From an uncultured Sorangium sp. (GTDB lineage: Bacteria; Myxococcota_A; Polyangia; Polyangiales; Polyangiaceae), in assembly GCA_966250485.1 (NCBI GenBank), contig CBINHN010000004.1, forward strand, positions 99,726 through 163,725: 64,000 nucleotides of DNA, written 5' to 3'. The position numbers and the translations under genes were made by a program. This document shows positions 38,400 to 46,071 of the stretch, piece after piece. The notes beneath the pieces were generated by a model that ran no database searches, was not told the origin of the DNA, and saw nothing but the letters and a program-made list of their open reading frames with translations. How positions within the stretch are numbered: position 1 is the stretch's first letter; every line of letters begins with the position of its first letter.

Positions 38400-41300
38400 G
38401 ACTGCCTCCTTGAAGCGGACGCCAGCGCCGCCCGCTGTGCCTCGGCGCGTCGCCGCGCCTGCGCCGCGCGTTCGTTGCGCGCCGGCTCGGCGAGCAACCG
38501 AGCCAAGCCCTGCACGGTCGTATGTTGGTACATGTCCACCAGGGGAAGCTCCTTGCCGCTCCGCTCCGCGATCAGCGCGCGAGCCCGAGCAATCAGGAAC
38601 GAGCTGCCACCCACGTCGAAGAAGTTGGAGTGCAGGTCGAATGAGCGCCGGCCGAGGAGCTCCGCCCAAACGTCGGCCACGAGCCGTTCCGCGTCGGAGC
38701 GAGGCTCGCGCTCGACGTCGCTGGTACGTCCAGCGTGGCTGGGGGCCGGCAAGGCCCGACGATCGATCTTGTTGTTCGGCGTGCGCGGTAGCGCTGGCAA
38801 CTGCTCGAACCAACCCGGGATCATGTAATCGGGCAGCGAGCGGCGAAGGTGGCTGCGCAGCGCTGGCTCGTCCACCGCAACATCGCTCACGACGTAGGCG
38901 ACCAGCTCCGGAACGCCGCCGGGCCGCTCGTGCAGCACGGTGACACTCTCCCGCAACGCGGGATACGTGCCGAGCGCCGCGTCAATTTCTCCGAGCTCCA
39001 CGCGATAGCCGCGAATCTTGACCTGCGTGTCCGCGCGACCGAGAAACTCCAGCACGCCGTCGCCGCGCAGCCGCACGCGGTCCCCTGTGCGATACGCGCG
39101 CTCGCCAGCCAGCCAGTGCGGGCGGACGAAGCGCTCCCGCGTCAGCTCCGGGCGACCATGATAGCCCTCCGCGACGCCGTCCCCAGCGATGAGCAGCTCC
39201 CCGATTGCGCCCAACGGAACCGGCCGCAGCTCAGCGTCGACGACGTAGACGCGGGTATTCGCGACGGGTCGACCGATCGGGATGGACTGCCCGAGATCGC
39301 TTCGGGTCAGCGGGTGCACCAGCGACCAGATGGTGGTCTCCGTGGGACCGTACAGGTTGAAGACACGACCGCGGTCGAGCAGCGCGGCCGCGAGCTCCGG
39401 CGGGAGAGCTTCTCCGCCACACAAGATCTTGAAGTCGTGGTGGCCGCGCCAGCCTGCATCGACCAGCATGCGGAACGTGATGGGAGTGGCCTGCAGCACC
39501 GTCGCGCGAGTGTCGGCGAGGAGCCCGGCGAGCGCGACGCCGTCGAGCGTCGTGGCCCGTGACGCCAGCACCAGCGTCGCACCGACGATCAACGGTAAGA
39601 ACAACTCCAACGCCGCAATATCGAAGGACACGGTCGTGACCGCCACCCACACGTCCGCGTGCGTGGCGCCGGGCGTCGCCTTCATCGACCACAACAGGTT
39701 GGTCAGCGAGCGGTGCGCGACGCGCACGCCCTTCGGGCGCCCCGTGGAGCCCGAAGTGTAGAGCAAGTATGCGCCAGCCTCGAAATCGATCGCCTCCGGC
39801 TCGTCGCAGCGCGCGCAGTCCTCGTAGAGCTGCTCCATTTGCAGCACTTGTCCGCGGAAACCAGCGAATTGATCCGCGAGCGCGCCGCTCGTAAGCGCGA
39901 ATGCTGCGCCGGAGTCCTGTAAGATGAAGGCGCTGCGTTCTTGCGGGTAAATGGGATCCAGCGGGACATATACGGCGCCCGCGCGCAGCAGCGCGAGCAA
40001 CGTCACCACGAGATCGCGCGAGCGCTCGAGCAGAACGCCCACGTGAGCGCCGCTAGCGATCCCACGCGCGCGCAGCTGAGCGGACACATTACTCACGGCT
40101 GCCGCGAGCTCGCGGTAGCTCATCGCGCCTTGCGCATCGACGAGGGCCGTCTTCGAGGCGAACTCCTGCGCGGCGGCAGAGAACAGCTGGGGCACCGTGG
40201 CGCGCGGATACTCCGCCTGCGTCGCGTTGAGCTCCCGCTCCGCAGCAGCCCAATCGGTCGCGCCGATCACCGGCAAGGCCGCGAGCTCTACCTCCGCTTG
40301 CGCGGCGATGGCTTCGAGCAGCGTGAAGTACGTGCCTACCAGCCGCTCCACGCTGCGCGCGTCGAACAAGTCGCTGTTGTACTGAGCCAGCGCCGAGTAC
40401 CGCCCTGACGCTTCCGCCAGCACCATCAGCTCGAGGTCGAATCGCGCCTTGTACTGCGGCACCTCGATCGATTCGAGCTCCAGCGGTCCCAGCCGCAGCC
40501 TACCCCCCGCGCGGCCGTCGGTGAACGGGTGCAGCGCGGGCATGCTGCTCGCCTGCTGCAACACGAACACGGTTTGGAAAAGAGGCGAGCGGCTCGCGTC
40601 GCGCGGCAGGCGCAGGGCGTCGATCATGAGCGGCAGCGGATAGTCCGCGTGCTCCAGCGCCCCCAGCATCGCCTCGCGCACGCGCGCGAGCAGCGCCCGA
40701 AACGAAGCGATGTCGCTGAACTGCACCCGAATCGGAAGCGGGTTCACCAGGTCGCCCACGGTGCGTTCGAACCGGCCCTGCGAGCGCCCCGACGAATACG
40801 TCCCGACGACGATGTCGGATTGTGCCGAGTGACGGTGCAGGGCCGCCAAGAAGCCGGCCAGCAACACGGTGTGCAAGGTCGTCGCCGACTCCTGTGCCAG
40901 TTGCTGCAGCGCCGCCACGAGCTCCGCCGGCAGCGGACGAAAATGCGTGTCGCCGCGGTAGGTCTGGAGCGCCGGACGCGGACGGTCGCTCGCCAGATCG
41001 AGCGGCACCGTGCCGGCCAGCGTAGCGACCCAGTACTCCCGTGACCGCGCTCCTTCGGCGCTGCTGAGCCAGCGTTGCTGCCATGCCACGAACTCGGGGT
41101 AGTCCGCGGTGACCGCGGGCAGCCGGGGCGGCTCGCCCGTGGCGGCCGCGGCGTAGGCGTGAGCAAGCTCTTCCAGCACGACCACTAGCGACGCAAAGTC
41201 GATGATGATGTGGTGCAGAGTGATAGAAATGACGTCGCCAGTACTCGCGCCGCTGAACACGCTCACGCGCAACGGAGGCTCACGCAGCGAGAACGGCTCG

Positions 41301-44300
41301 TGAAACTCGCGCGCCAGCGCCTCTCGCAGCGCGGACTCGCTCCAGCCCTGCGCGTCAGTGAGCCGCCACTCGAAGGTCCAGCTCGACCTGCCAACGGCGC
41401 TCATTTCGCCGCCCTCCACGACGAACGCGCTGTGCAACGCCGAGTGCCGCGCCGTGACCACCCCTACCGCGGCGCGGAACGCCGTGACATCGAGCTTGCC
41501 GCACACGCGCGCGGTAAACCCGTAGTGGTAAGCGGCGCTCGCGGGCGCGAGCTCGTGAATGAACGCCAGCGCTCGTTGATTCCACGACAGCGCGCCGTGC
41601 GGCACAGGCGCCGCCTCGGCGAGCGCCGGCTCCGACGCCGCTCGCGCGTCACGCTGCTCGTCGCGTTCCATGCTCTCCAGCAGCCAGGCGCCGAGCTGCA
41701 CGACGGTTGGTCCTTGCAGCAATTTGACCGTGGAAATTGCCATCGCAGCCTCGCGCTCCAGTCGACGCCGCAGCTCCACGGCCATCAGCGAATCGAGCCC
41801 GAGACGGTTGAGCGGCACGTCCAGGGGGAGCTCGGAGCGCCGCTGCCCGAGCACCTGCGCCACCATGTCCGCAAGCCGCTCACGCGCCAAATCCGCCCGC
41901 TGTTCTGGCGCGGCAGCGAGCACCGCCGCGCGGCACTCGAGGCCGCCAGGCGCGGGCCTCGGCTCGGCCGCTCGCAGTCGCGTCAAGCGCAGCCCTTGCA
42001 CGCGCAGAACGGCGCGCCCGGCGGCGTCGAACGCCGAGAGCTGCACGCAAGCGACGTCTCCTTCGATCTGCGCAGTGGCGACGACGCGCTCGCTGCCGCT
42101 CAGCGCCGCATCGATGGCCAGCTCCTCGATGCCGCTCGCCAACCACACCGCGTCGGAGTCCGGCAGCGCGTGCGCTGAGACCTGAAAACAGGCGTCGAGG
42201 AGCGCGGGATGAACGACGAAGCGAGAAGCCTGCGCGCGCGTCTCCTCACAGGGCGCGAGCTCGCCGATCGATGTCCCAGGCGCGCCCCAGACGCGCGCCA
42301 CGGCGCGGTAAGCGCCCGTCAGCTCTAGGCCGCGCGCGGCGAGCCGCGCATAGTGCTCGGCCTCGCTGATTTCCTGCATCGCGTCGCTCACGGCGTCCAC
42401 TGGACACGCTGGGGTCGCCCGCGCACCGCGAGCCAGCGACAGCTCGGCGTGCAATGTCCACTCCGCGTCGGGCTCGGGCAGCGCGCTGTACACCTGCACC
42501 TGCGCTCGTTGCCCGCCGGCGCGGAACAGCACCTGCACCCGCCGTGGCTCGTCTCCCAACACCAACGGCGATGGCAGGCTCAGGCCGCGGATGGTACTCA
42601 CCTCCCCGAGCAGCTCGCGTCCCGCGGCCAGAGCCATCTCGACGTACGCGGAGCTCGAGAGCAGCACGTCGCCCTGGAAGCGATGCCCCTCCAGAAACGC
42701 GGGTGAGGTGCTCGTGAGCAAGGACTCGAACACCTGGACCGGCTGCGCGCCCGCGAGCGGCACGCGCTCGCCGAGCAGGCTATCGGAGGTGAGCTGGCGC
42801 GCAGACTTCGAGGTTTGCGCGCCTTGCGGCCAGAACGACCGCCCCTCGAACGGATACGCCGGCAAGCTCACCACGCGGCTCTCAGCGGGCACGAGCGCGC
42901 CCCAATCGGCGTCGTGCCCGCTCGTGTACAGCGCCGCCAGGGTACGGCGCATGGACACGCGCTCGTCCTGCTCGCGCACCAGAGAGCCGAACGTGACCAC
43001 GTCGCGGCCGCTCTGCGCAAAGCCCTGGCGCAAGGAGGTGAGCGTGATGGGGTGCGGGCTAATCTCCAGAAACGACGTGGCACCCTCGTCGCAAGCGCGC
43101 GAGATCGCGGTCCAGAAGCGTACCGGGTCGACCACGTTTCGAATCCAGTACTCCGTGTCCAGTCGCTCGGGCGCGATGCGCTCTGCCATCACCGCCGAGT
43201 AGTAGGGCACGGCTTGCGAACGCGGAGTGATCCCGGCGAGCGCCTCGCGCATCTCCGGAATGACAGCGCGAAGCTGCGGCGAGTGACCGGCGACGTCCAC
43301 GTTCACGTAGCGGCAGAACACGCCGCGTTCGCGCAGCGGCACCAAGAACGCTTCGATGAGCGCGCGATCTCCCGAGAGCACGCACGACTCCGGGCCGCTC
43401 TCCACCGCGACGGCCACGCGATCGGCGAATGACGCGACCGCCTCGCGCGCCGCTGCGAACGGCAGATCCACGACCGCCATGGCCGTGTCGCCCGGCGCAC
43501 GCCGCATGATCGCGCTGCGCAAGCTGATGACGCGCGCCGCGTCCTCGAGCGACAACGCGCCCGCGACGTGCGCCGCCGCCACCTCTCCCATGCTGTGGCC
43601 CACGACGGCTCGCGGCAGCACGCCCCAGGCGCGCCACAGCGCCGCGCACGCCACCTGCAGGGAGAAGATCGCGGGCTGTACGAAATCTAGCTTGTCGTTG
43701 CGGAAGCCGGGCCCCGGCCGCGCGAGCTCATCGAGCAAGGACCAGCCGACGTGCGGGCGCAGCGCTCGATCGCAGGCGAGCAGCGCTTCCCGACTGGCGG
43801 GCTCGAGGAGCAGCTGCTGACCCATGCCCTTCCATTGCGAGCCGTGACCGGAGAACACGAAGACGGCCTGGCGGCTGTCGCCTGCTTGGCCGACGTGCAA
43901 CGCATGGCTAGCTTCGCCGGCCAGGTGCGCCGCGAGCTCTCGCGCGGCTTCCGCGGCGGAGCTCGCGCAAAGCGCTAAACGATGGCGGTAGTGACGCCGG
44001 CGCGCGCTCGCAGTGTAACAAACGTCCGACCACGGCGAGCGCTCGCAAGCGAGCTCGTGAACGAAGCGCTCCGCCGTCGTCCGCAGAGCTTGCGGGCTAG
44101 CGGCAGACAAAGTGAGAACGCAAGCTCCTTCCTCGCCCTCGGCCGTCAGCGCCCCTGGTGCCGGCGCCGCGCCGGCTAGCACCACGTGCGCGTTGCCGCC
44201 GGATAGCCCGTAGGAGCTCACTCCTGCGATGCGACGCTGCCCCGGCCAGTCCTCGGTCCGGGTCTGAACCCGCACTGGCAACGTGTCCCAGGGCACGGCG

Positions 44301-45439
44301 CGGTTGGGGGTCGAGAAATGCAAACTCGCGGGCAACACACCGTGATGCAGCGCTAGCGCCACCTTCATCAAACCGGCGATCCCGGACGCGGCCTCGGTGT
44401 GGCCGATGTTGGTCTTGACGCTGCCGAGCGCGCACCGCCGAGCGCTTCCCGTCGCGGCGATGGCCTCGCCCACCGCCTGAATTTCCAGCGGATCGCCCAC
44501 GCGCGTGGCGGCGCCGTGCACCTCGACGTACTCGACGTCCCCCGCCGCTACCTGGGCGTCCTCGAACGCTCGCGCCAGGAGCTCACGATAGGCGTCCACG
44601 CTCGGTGTCATCAGCGTCGCGCTGCGCGCGCCGTTGGAGCTCAGCGCCGAACCCCGCACGACGGCATAGATGCGATCGCGATCCGCGAGCGCATCGGCTA
44701 GTGGCTTGAGCACGACCACGCCAGCGCCTTCGCTGCGCACGAAGCCGTCCGCTGAATCGTCCGCGAATTTGCAGCGACCGTCGGCGGCCAAAATGCCGCC
44801 CTGGCACAGCGAGATGAAGCCGCGCGGACGCAGCAGCAGATTGACGCCGGCAGCGAGCGCCAACCGGCACTCCCCCGAACGGAGACTCTGCAACGCGAGG
44901 TGCACCGCGCTGAGCGACGAAGCGCACGCCGCATCCAGCGTGAGGCAGGGCCCCTCGAAGCCGAATGCGAACGCCACCCTGCCGGCCAGGAAGCTGCGGT
45001 CGCCGCCGGTCGTCGCGTAGACGTCGAGCAAATCGGGCGTGAGCAGCACCTCGGCGTAGTCGTTGGCGTGCGCGCCCACGAAGACGCCCGTACGGCGAGC
45101 CTCCGTCGTGCTGCCGCGCCAGCCTGCGTCGTCCAGGGCTTCCCACGTCAGCTGCAGCAGCAGCCGCTGCTGCGGGTCCATGCGCAGCGCCTCCCGCGGG
45201 GACACGTTGAACAGCGCGTTGTCGAACGAGGCGATGTCGTCGATGAAACCGCCGCGACGCGTGTAGATTTTTCCGCTCACGCCCGGACGCCGATCGAACA
45301 GCGCGTCCGCGTCGAAGCGCGAGCGCGGGATCTCGCCCACCGTTTCGCGGCCTTCCGCGAGGAGCGACCAGAACTCTGCCAGGCTGTTCGCCCCCGGCAG
45401 GCGACACGCCATACCCACGATCGCGACCGCGCGTTCCAT
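38396..45439 (-). CDS. Hybrid PKS-NRPS megasynthase: KS-AT-DH(degenerate)-ACP-C-A(Gly)-PCP; probable first assembly-line protein
   Basis: Track ORF, 2347 aa, ATG at 45439. The KS starts at residue 3 (MERAVAIVGMACRLPGA) with no N-terminal docking region. Domain motifs and coordinates are given in the seven domain features that follow. Confidence 0.95.
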   Translation of the reverse strand: MERAVAIVGMACRLPGANSLAEFWSLLAEGRETVGEIPRSRFDADALFDRRPGVSGKIYTRRGGFIDDIASFDNALFNVSPREALRMDPQQRLLLQLTWEALDDAGWRGSTTEARRTGVFVGAHANDYAEVLLTPDLLDVYATTGGDRSFLAGRVAFAFGFEGPCLTLDAACASSLSAVHLALQSLRSGECRLALAAGVNLLLRPRGFISLCQGGILAADGRCKFADDSADGFVRSEGAGVVVLKPLADALADRDRIYAVVRGSALSSNGARSATLMTPSVDAYRELLARAFEDAQVAAGDVEYVEVHGAATRVGDPLEIQAVGEAIAATGSARRCALGSVKTNIGHTEAASGIAGLMKVALALHHGVLPASLHFSTPNRAVPWDTLPVRVQTRTEDWPGQRRIAGVSSYGLSGGNAHVVLAGAAPAPGALTAEGEEGACVLTLSAASPQALRTTAERFVHELACERSPWSDVCYTASARRRHYRHRLALCASSAAEAARELAAHLAGEASHALHVGQAGDSRQAVFVFSGHGSQWKGMGQQLLLEPASREALLACDRALRPHVGWSLLDELARPGPGFRNDKLDFVQPAIFSLQVACAALWRAWGVLPRAVVGHSMGEVAAAHVAGALSLEDAARVISLRSAIMRRAPGDTAMAVVDLPFAAAREAVASFADRVAVAVESGPESCVLSGDRALIEAFLVPLRERGVFCRYVNVDVAGHSPQLRAVIPEMREALAGITPRSQAVPYYSAVMAERIAPERLDTEYWIRNVVDPVRFWTAISRACDEGATSFLEISPHPITLTSLRQGFAQSGRDVVTFGSLVREQDERVSMRRTLAALYTSGHDADWGALVPAESRVVSLPAYPFEGRSFWPQGAQTSKSARQLTSDSLLGERVPLAGAQPVQVFESLLTSTSPAFLEGHRFQGDVLLSSSAYVEMALAAGRELLGEVSTIRGLSLPSPLVLGDEPRRVQVLFRAGGQRAQVQVYSALPEPDAEWTLHAELSLARGARATPACPVDAVSDAMQEISEAEHYARLAARGLELTGAYRAVARVWGAPGTSIGELAPCEETRAQASRFVVHPALLDACFQVSAHALPDSDAVWLASGIEELAIDAALSGSERVVATAQIEGDVACVQLSAFDAAGRAVLRVQGLRLTRLRAAEPRPAPGGLECRAAVLAAAPEQRADLARERLADMVAQVLGQRRSELPLDVPLNRLGLDSLMAVELRRRLEREAAMAISTVKLLQGPTVVQLGAWLLESMERDEQRDARAASEPALAEAAPVPHGALSWNQRALAFIHELAPASAAYHYGFTARVCGKLDVTAFRAAVGVVTARHSALHSAFVVEGGEMSAVGRSSWTFEWRLTDAQGWSESALREALAREFHEPFSLREPPLRVSVFSGASTGDVISITLHHIIIDFASLVVVLEELAHAYAAAATGEPPRLPAVTADYPEFVAWQQRWLSSAEGARSREYWVATLAGTVPLDLASDRPRPALQTYRGDTHFRPLPAELVAALQQLAQESATTLHTVLLAGFLAALHRHSAQSDIVVGTYSSGRSQGRFERTVGDLVNPLPIRVQFSDIASFRALLARVREAMLGALEHADYPLPLMIDALRLPRDASRSPLFQTVFVLQQASSMPALHPFTDGRAGGRLRLGPLELESIEVPQYKARFDLELMVLAEASGRYSALAQYNSDLFDARSVERLVGTYFTLLEAIAAQAEVELAALPVIGATDWAAAERELNATQAEYPRATVPQLFSAAAQEFASKTALVDAQGAMSYRELAAAVSNVSAQLRARGIASGAHVGVLLERSRDLVVTLLALLRAGAVYVPLDPIYPQERSAFILQDSGAAFALTSGALADQFAGFRGQVLQMEQLYEDCARCDEPEAIDFEAGAYLLYTSGSTGRPKGVRVAHRSLTNLLWSMKATPGATHADVWVAVTTVSFDIAALELFLPLIVGATLVLASRATTLDGVALAGLLADTRATVLQATPITFRMLVDAGWRGHHDFKILCGGEALPPELAAALLDRGRVFNLYGPTETTIWSLVHPLTRSDLGQSIPIGRPVANTRVYVVDAELRPVPLGAIGELLIAGDGVAEGYHGRPELTRERFVRPHWLAGERAYRTGDRVRLRGDGVLEFLGRADTQVKIRGYRVELGEIDAALGTYPALRESVTVLHERPGGVPELVAYVVSDVAVDEPALRSHLRRSLPDYMIPGWFEQLPALPRTPNNKIDRRALPAPSHAGRTSDVEREPRSDAERLVADVWAELLGRRSFDLHSNFFDVGGSSFLIARARALIAERSGKELPLVDMYQHTTVQGLARLLAEPARNERAAQARRRAEAQRAALASASRRQS
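38495..38707 (-). other. PCP (thiolation) domain
   Basis: FFDVGGSSFLIARA (a GGxS core) at residues about 2273-2286, followed by a basic Arg/Ala-rich tail (ERAAQARRRAEAQRAALASASRRQS). Confidence 0.8.
38744..40207 (-). other. NRPS adenylation (A) domain, predicted glycine-specific
   Basis: Core motifs: LLYTSGSTGRPKG, FDIAALE, NLYGPTETT, GELLIAGDGVAEGY, YRTGDRVR, GRADTQVKIRGYRVELGEI, PNNKIDR. The 10-residue code read against GrsA positions is D-I-L-Q-L-G-L-I-W-K. Confidence 0.85.
40280..41593 (-). other. NRPS condensation (C) domain
   Basis: HHIIIDFAS (an HHxxxD core without the usual following Gly) at residues 1409-1417. The domain length and its position between ACP and A fit a C domain. Confidence 0.8.
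41675..41902 (-). other. ACP domain
   Basis: LGLDSLMAVELRRRLE, Ser at residue 1217 (about nt 41789-41791). Confidence 0.85.
41960..42787 (-). other. DH-like domain, partly degenerate, in a module without KR
   Basis: EGHRFQGDVLLSSSAY (His retained; Pro of HxxxGxxxxP is Ser), LELTGAYRAV in place of GYxYGPxF, HPALLDACFQ (Asp retained); residues about 885-1160. Confidence 0.6.
42920..43867 (-). other. AT domain with non-canonical specificity motif (VAGH)
   Basis: FVFSGHGSQW (His where Gln is usual), GHSMGE, VNVDVAGHSPQ; residues about 525-840. Confidence 0.8.
44165..45433 (-). other. KS domain of the hybrid protein (catalytic Cys/His/His retained)
   Basis: LDAACASSLSAVHLA (Cys retained, so not a KSQ/KSY), EVHGAATRVGDPLE, NIGHTEAASG; residues about 3-425. 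Confidence 0.85.
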
Positions 45440-45450
45440 CAGCCGTTCCT

Positions 45451-46071
45451 TCAGTAGTTGCTCGCGCTGCGCGCGACGCTGGCCTTGGCCTCAGCGGCCA
45501 GGTTCAAGAAGTTGCGCGCGATGAGCTTGCCCGACGGGGTACCGATGGACTCTGGGTGAAACTGCACGCCGAACATCGGCCAGTGCCGGTGACGGAAGGC
45601 CATGATGGTGCCGTCCCAAGTCTTCGCTGTAACCTCGAGCTCCGACGGGAGGCTCCCCGGATCCGCGATCAAGGAGTGATAGCGCATCGCCTCGAAGGCG
45701 CGCGGGACGTCCGCGAACAGCGGGTGACCATCGTGAAAGACGTAGCTCGTCTTGCCGTGCATGGTCTCCGCGGCTCGCACCACCTTGCCGCCCAGGACGT
45801 GCGCGATGCCTTGGTGACCCAAGCACACGCCCAAGATGGGAGTCGTGGCGCCCAGGAAGCGGATTACGTCGGCGCAGACGCCGAAGTAAGCCGCGTCGTC
45901 GGGGCGGCCCGGGCCCGGCGAAATGACGATGAAATCCGGATCGAGCTGGCGCACGCGCTCGAGTGAAATCGCGTCGTTGCGTACCACCGCGGGCGCGGCC
46001 GACAGGCTGCCGAACAGCTGATAGAGGTTGTGCGTGAAGGAGTCGTAGTTGTCGAGGATGAGACCGCTCAT
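45451..46071 (-). CDS. pabA: Glutamine amidotransferase, aminodeoxychorismate/anthranilate synthase component II (PabA-type)
   Basis: Track ORF 45451..46374. I trimmed the start to the ATG at 46071 (MSGLILDNYDSFTHNLYQL), which overlaps the pabB stop (ATGA). The product is 206 aa. Motifs: class-I GATase GVCLGHQ (nucleophile Cys) and FHPES. The stop lies 11 nt before the PKS-NRPS start. Confidence 0.88.
   Translation of the reverse strand: MSGLILDNYDSFTHNLYQLFGSLSAAPAVVRNDAISLERVRQLDPDFIVISPGPGRPDDAAYFGVCADVIRFLGATTPILGVCLGHQGIAHVLGGKVVRAAETMHGKTSYVFHDGHPLFADVPRAFEAMRYHSLIADPGSLPSELEVTAKTWDGTIMAFRHRHWPMFGVQFHPESIGTPSGKLIARNFLNLAAEAKASVARSASNY

Noticed and set aside
37608-38813. The track gives long N-terminal extensions for several ORFs: thioesterase 37608..38813, pabA 45451..46374, pabC 49082..50266, ACAD 50175..51461, and PKS ORFs starting at 7940, 14673 and 32194.
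   Set aside because: The extensions overlap the preceding gene in another frame and are Arg-rich nonsense. Internal ATGs sit right at or after the upstream stop (often as ATGA overlaps) and give native-looking N-termini. I used those starts.
44165-45433. The N-terminal KS-AT-x-ACP might be an EpoA-like decarboxylating loading module (KSQ/KSY), and the locus an epothilone-like cluster.
   Set aside because: The active-site Cys is retained (DAACASS). The following NRPS module has an ordinary HHxxxD C domain and a glycine code, not a heterocyclisation domain with a Cys code. The domain between AT and ACP is DH-like, not ER-like.
33-45457. Dozens of plus-strand ORFs (and off-frame minus-strand ORFs) of 60-670 aa lie inside the PKS/NRPS region, for example 1132..1935, 9607..10644, 13339..14475, 23019..25043, 33528..34916, 36063..37415 and 17491..18420.
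   Set aside because: They lie entirely within, and antisense or out of frame to, ORFs with unmistakable PKS/NRPS domain motifs. Their translations are low-complexity Arg/Ala/Pro/Ser-rich strings, typical of stop-codon-poor high-GC DNA. None shows a recognisable motif.
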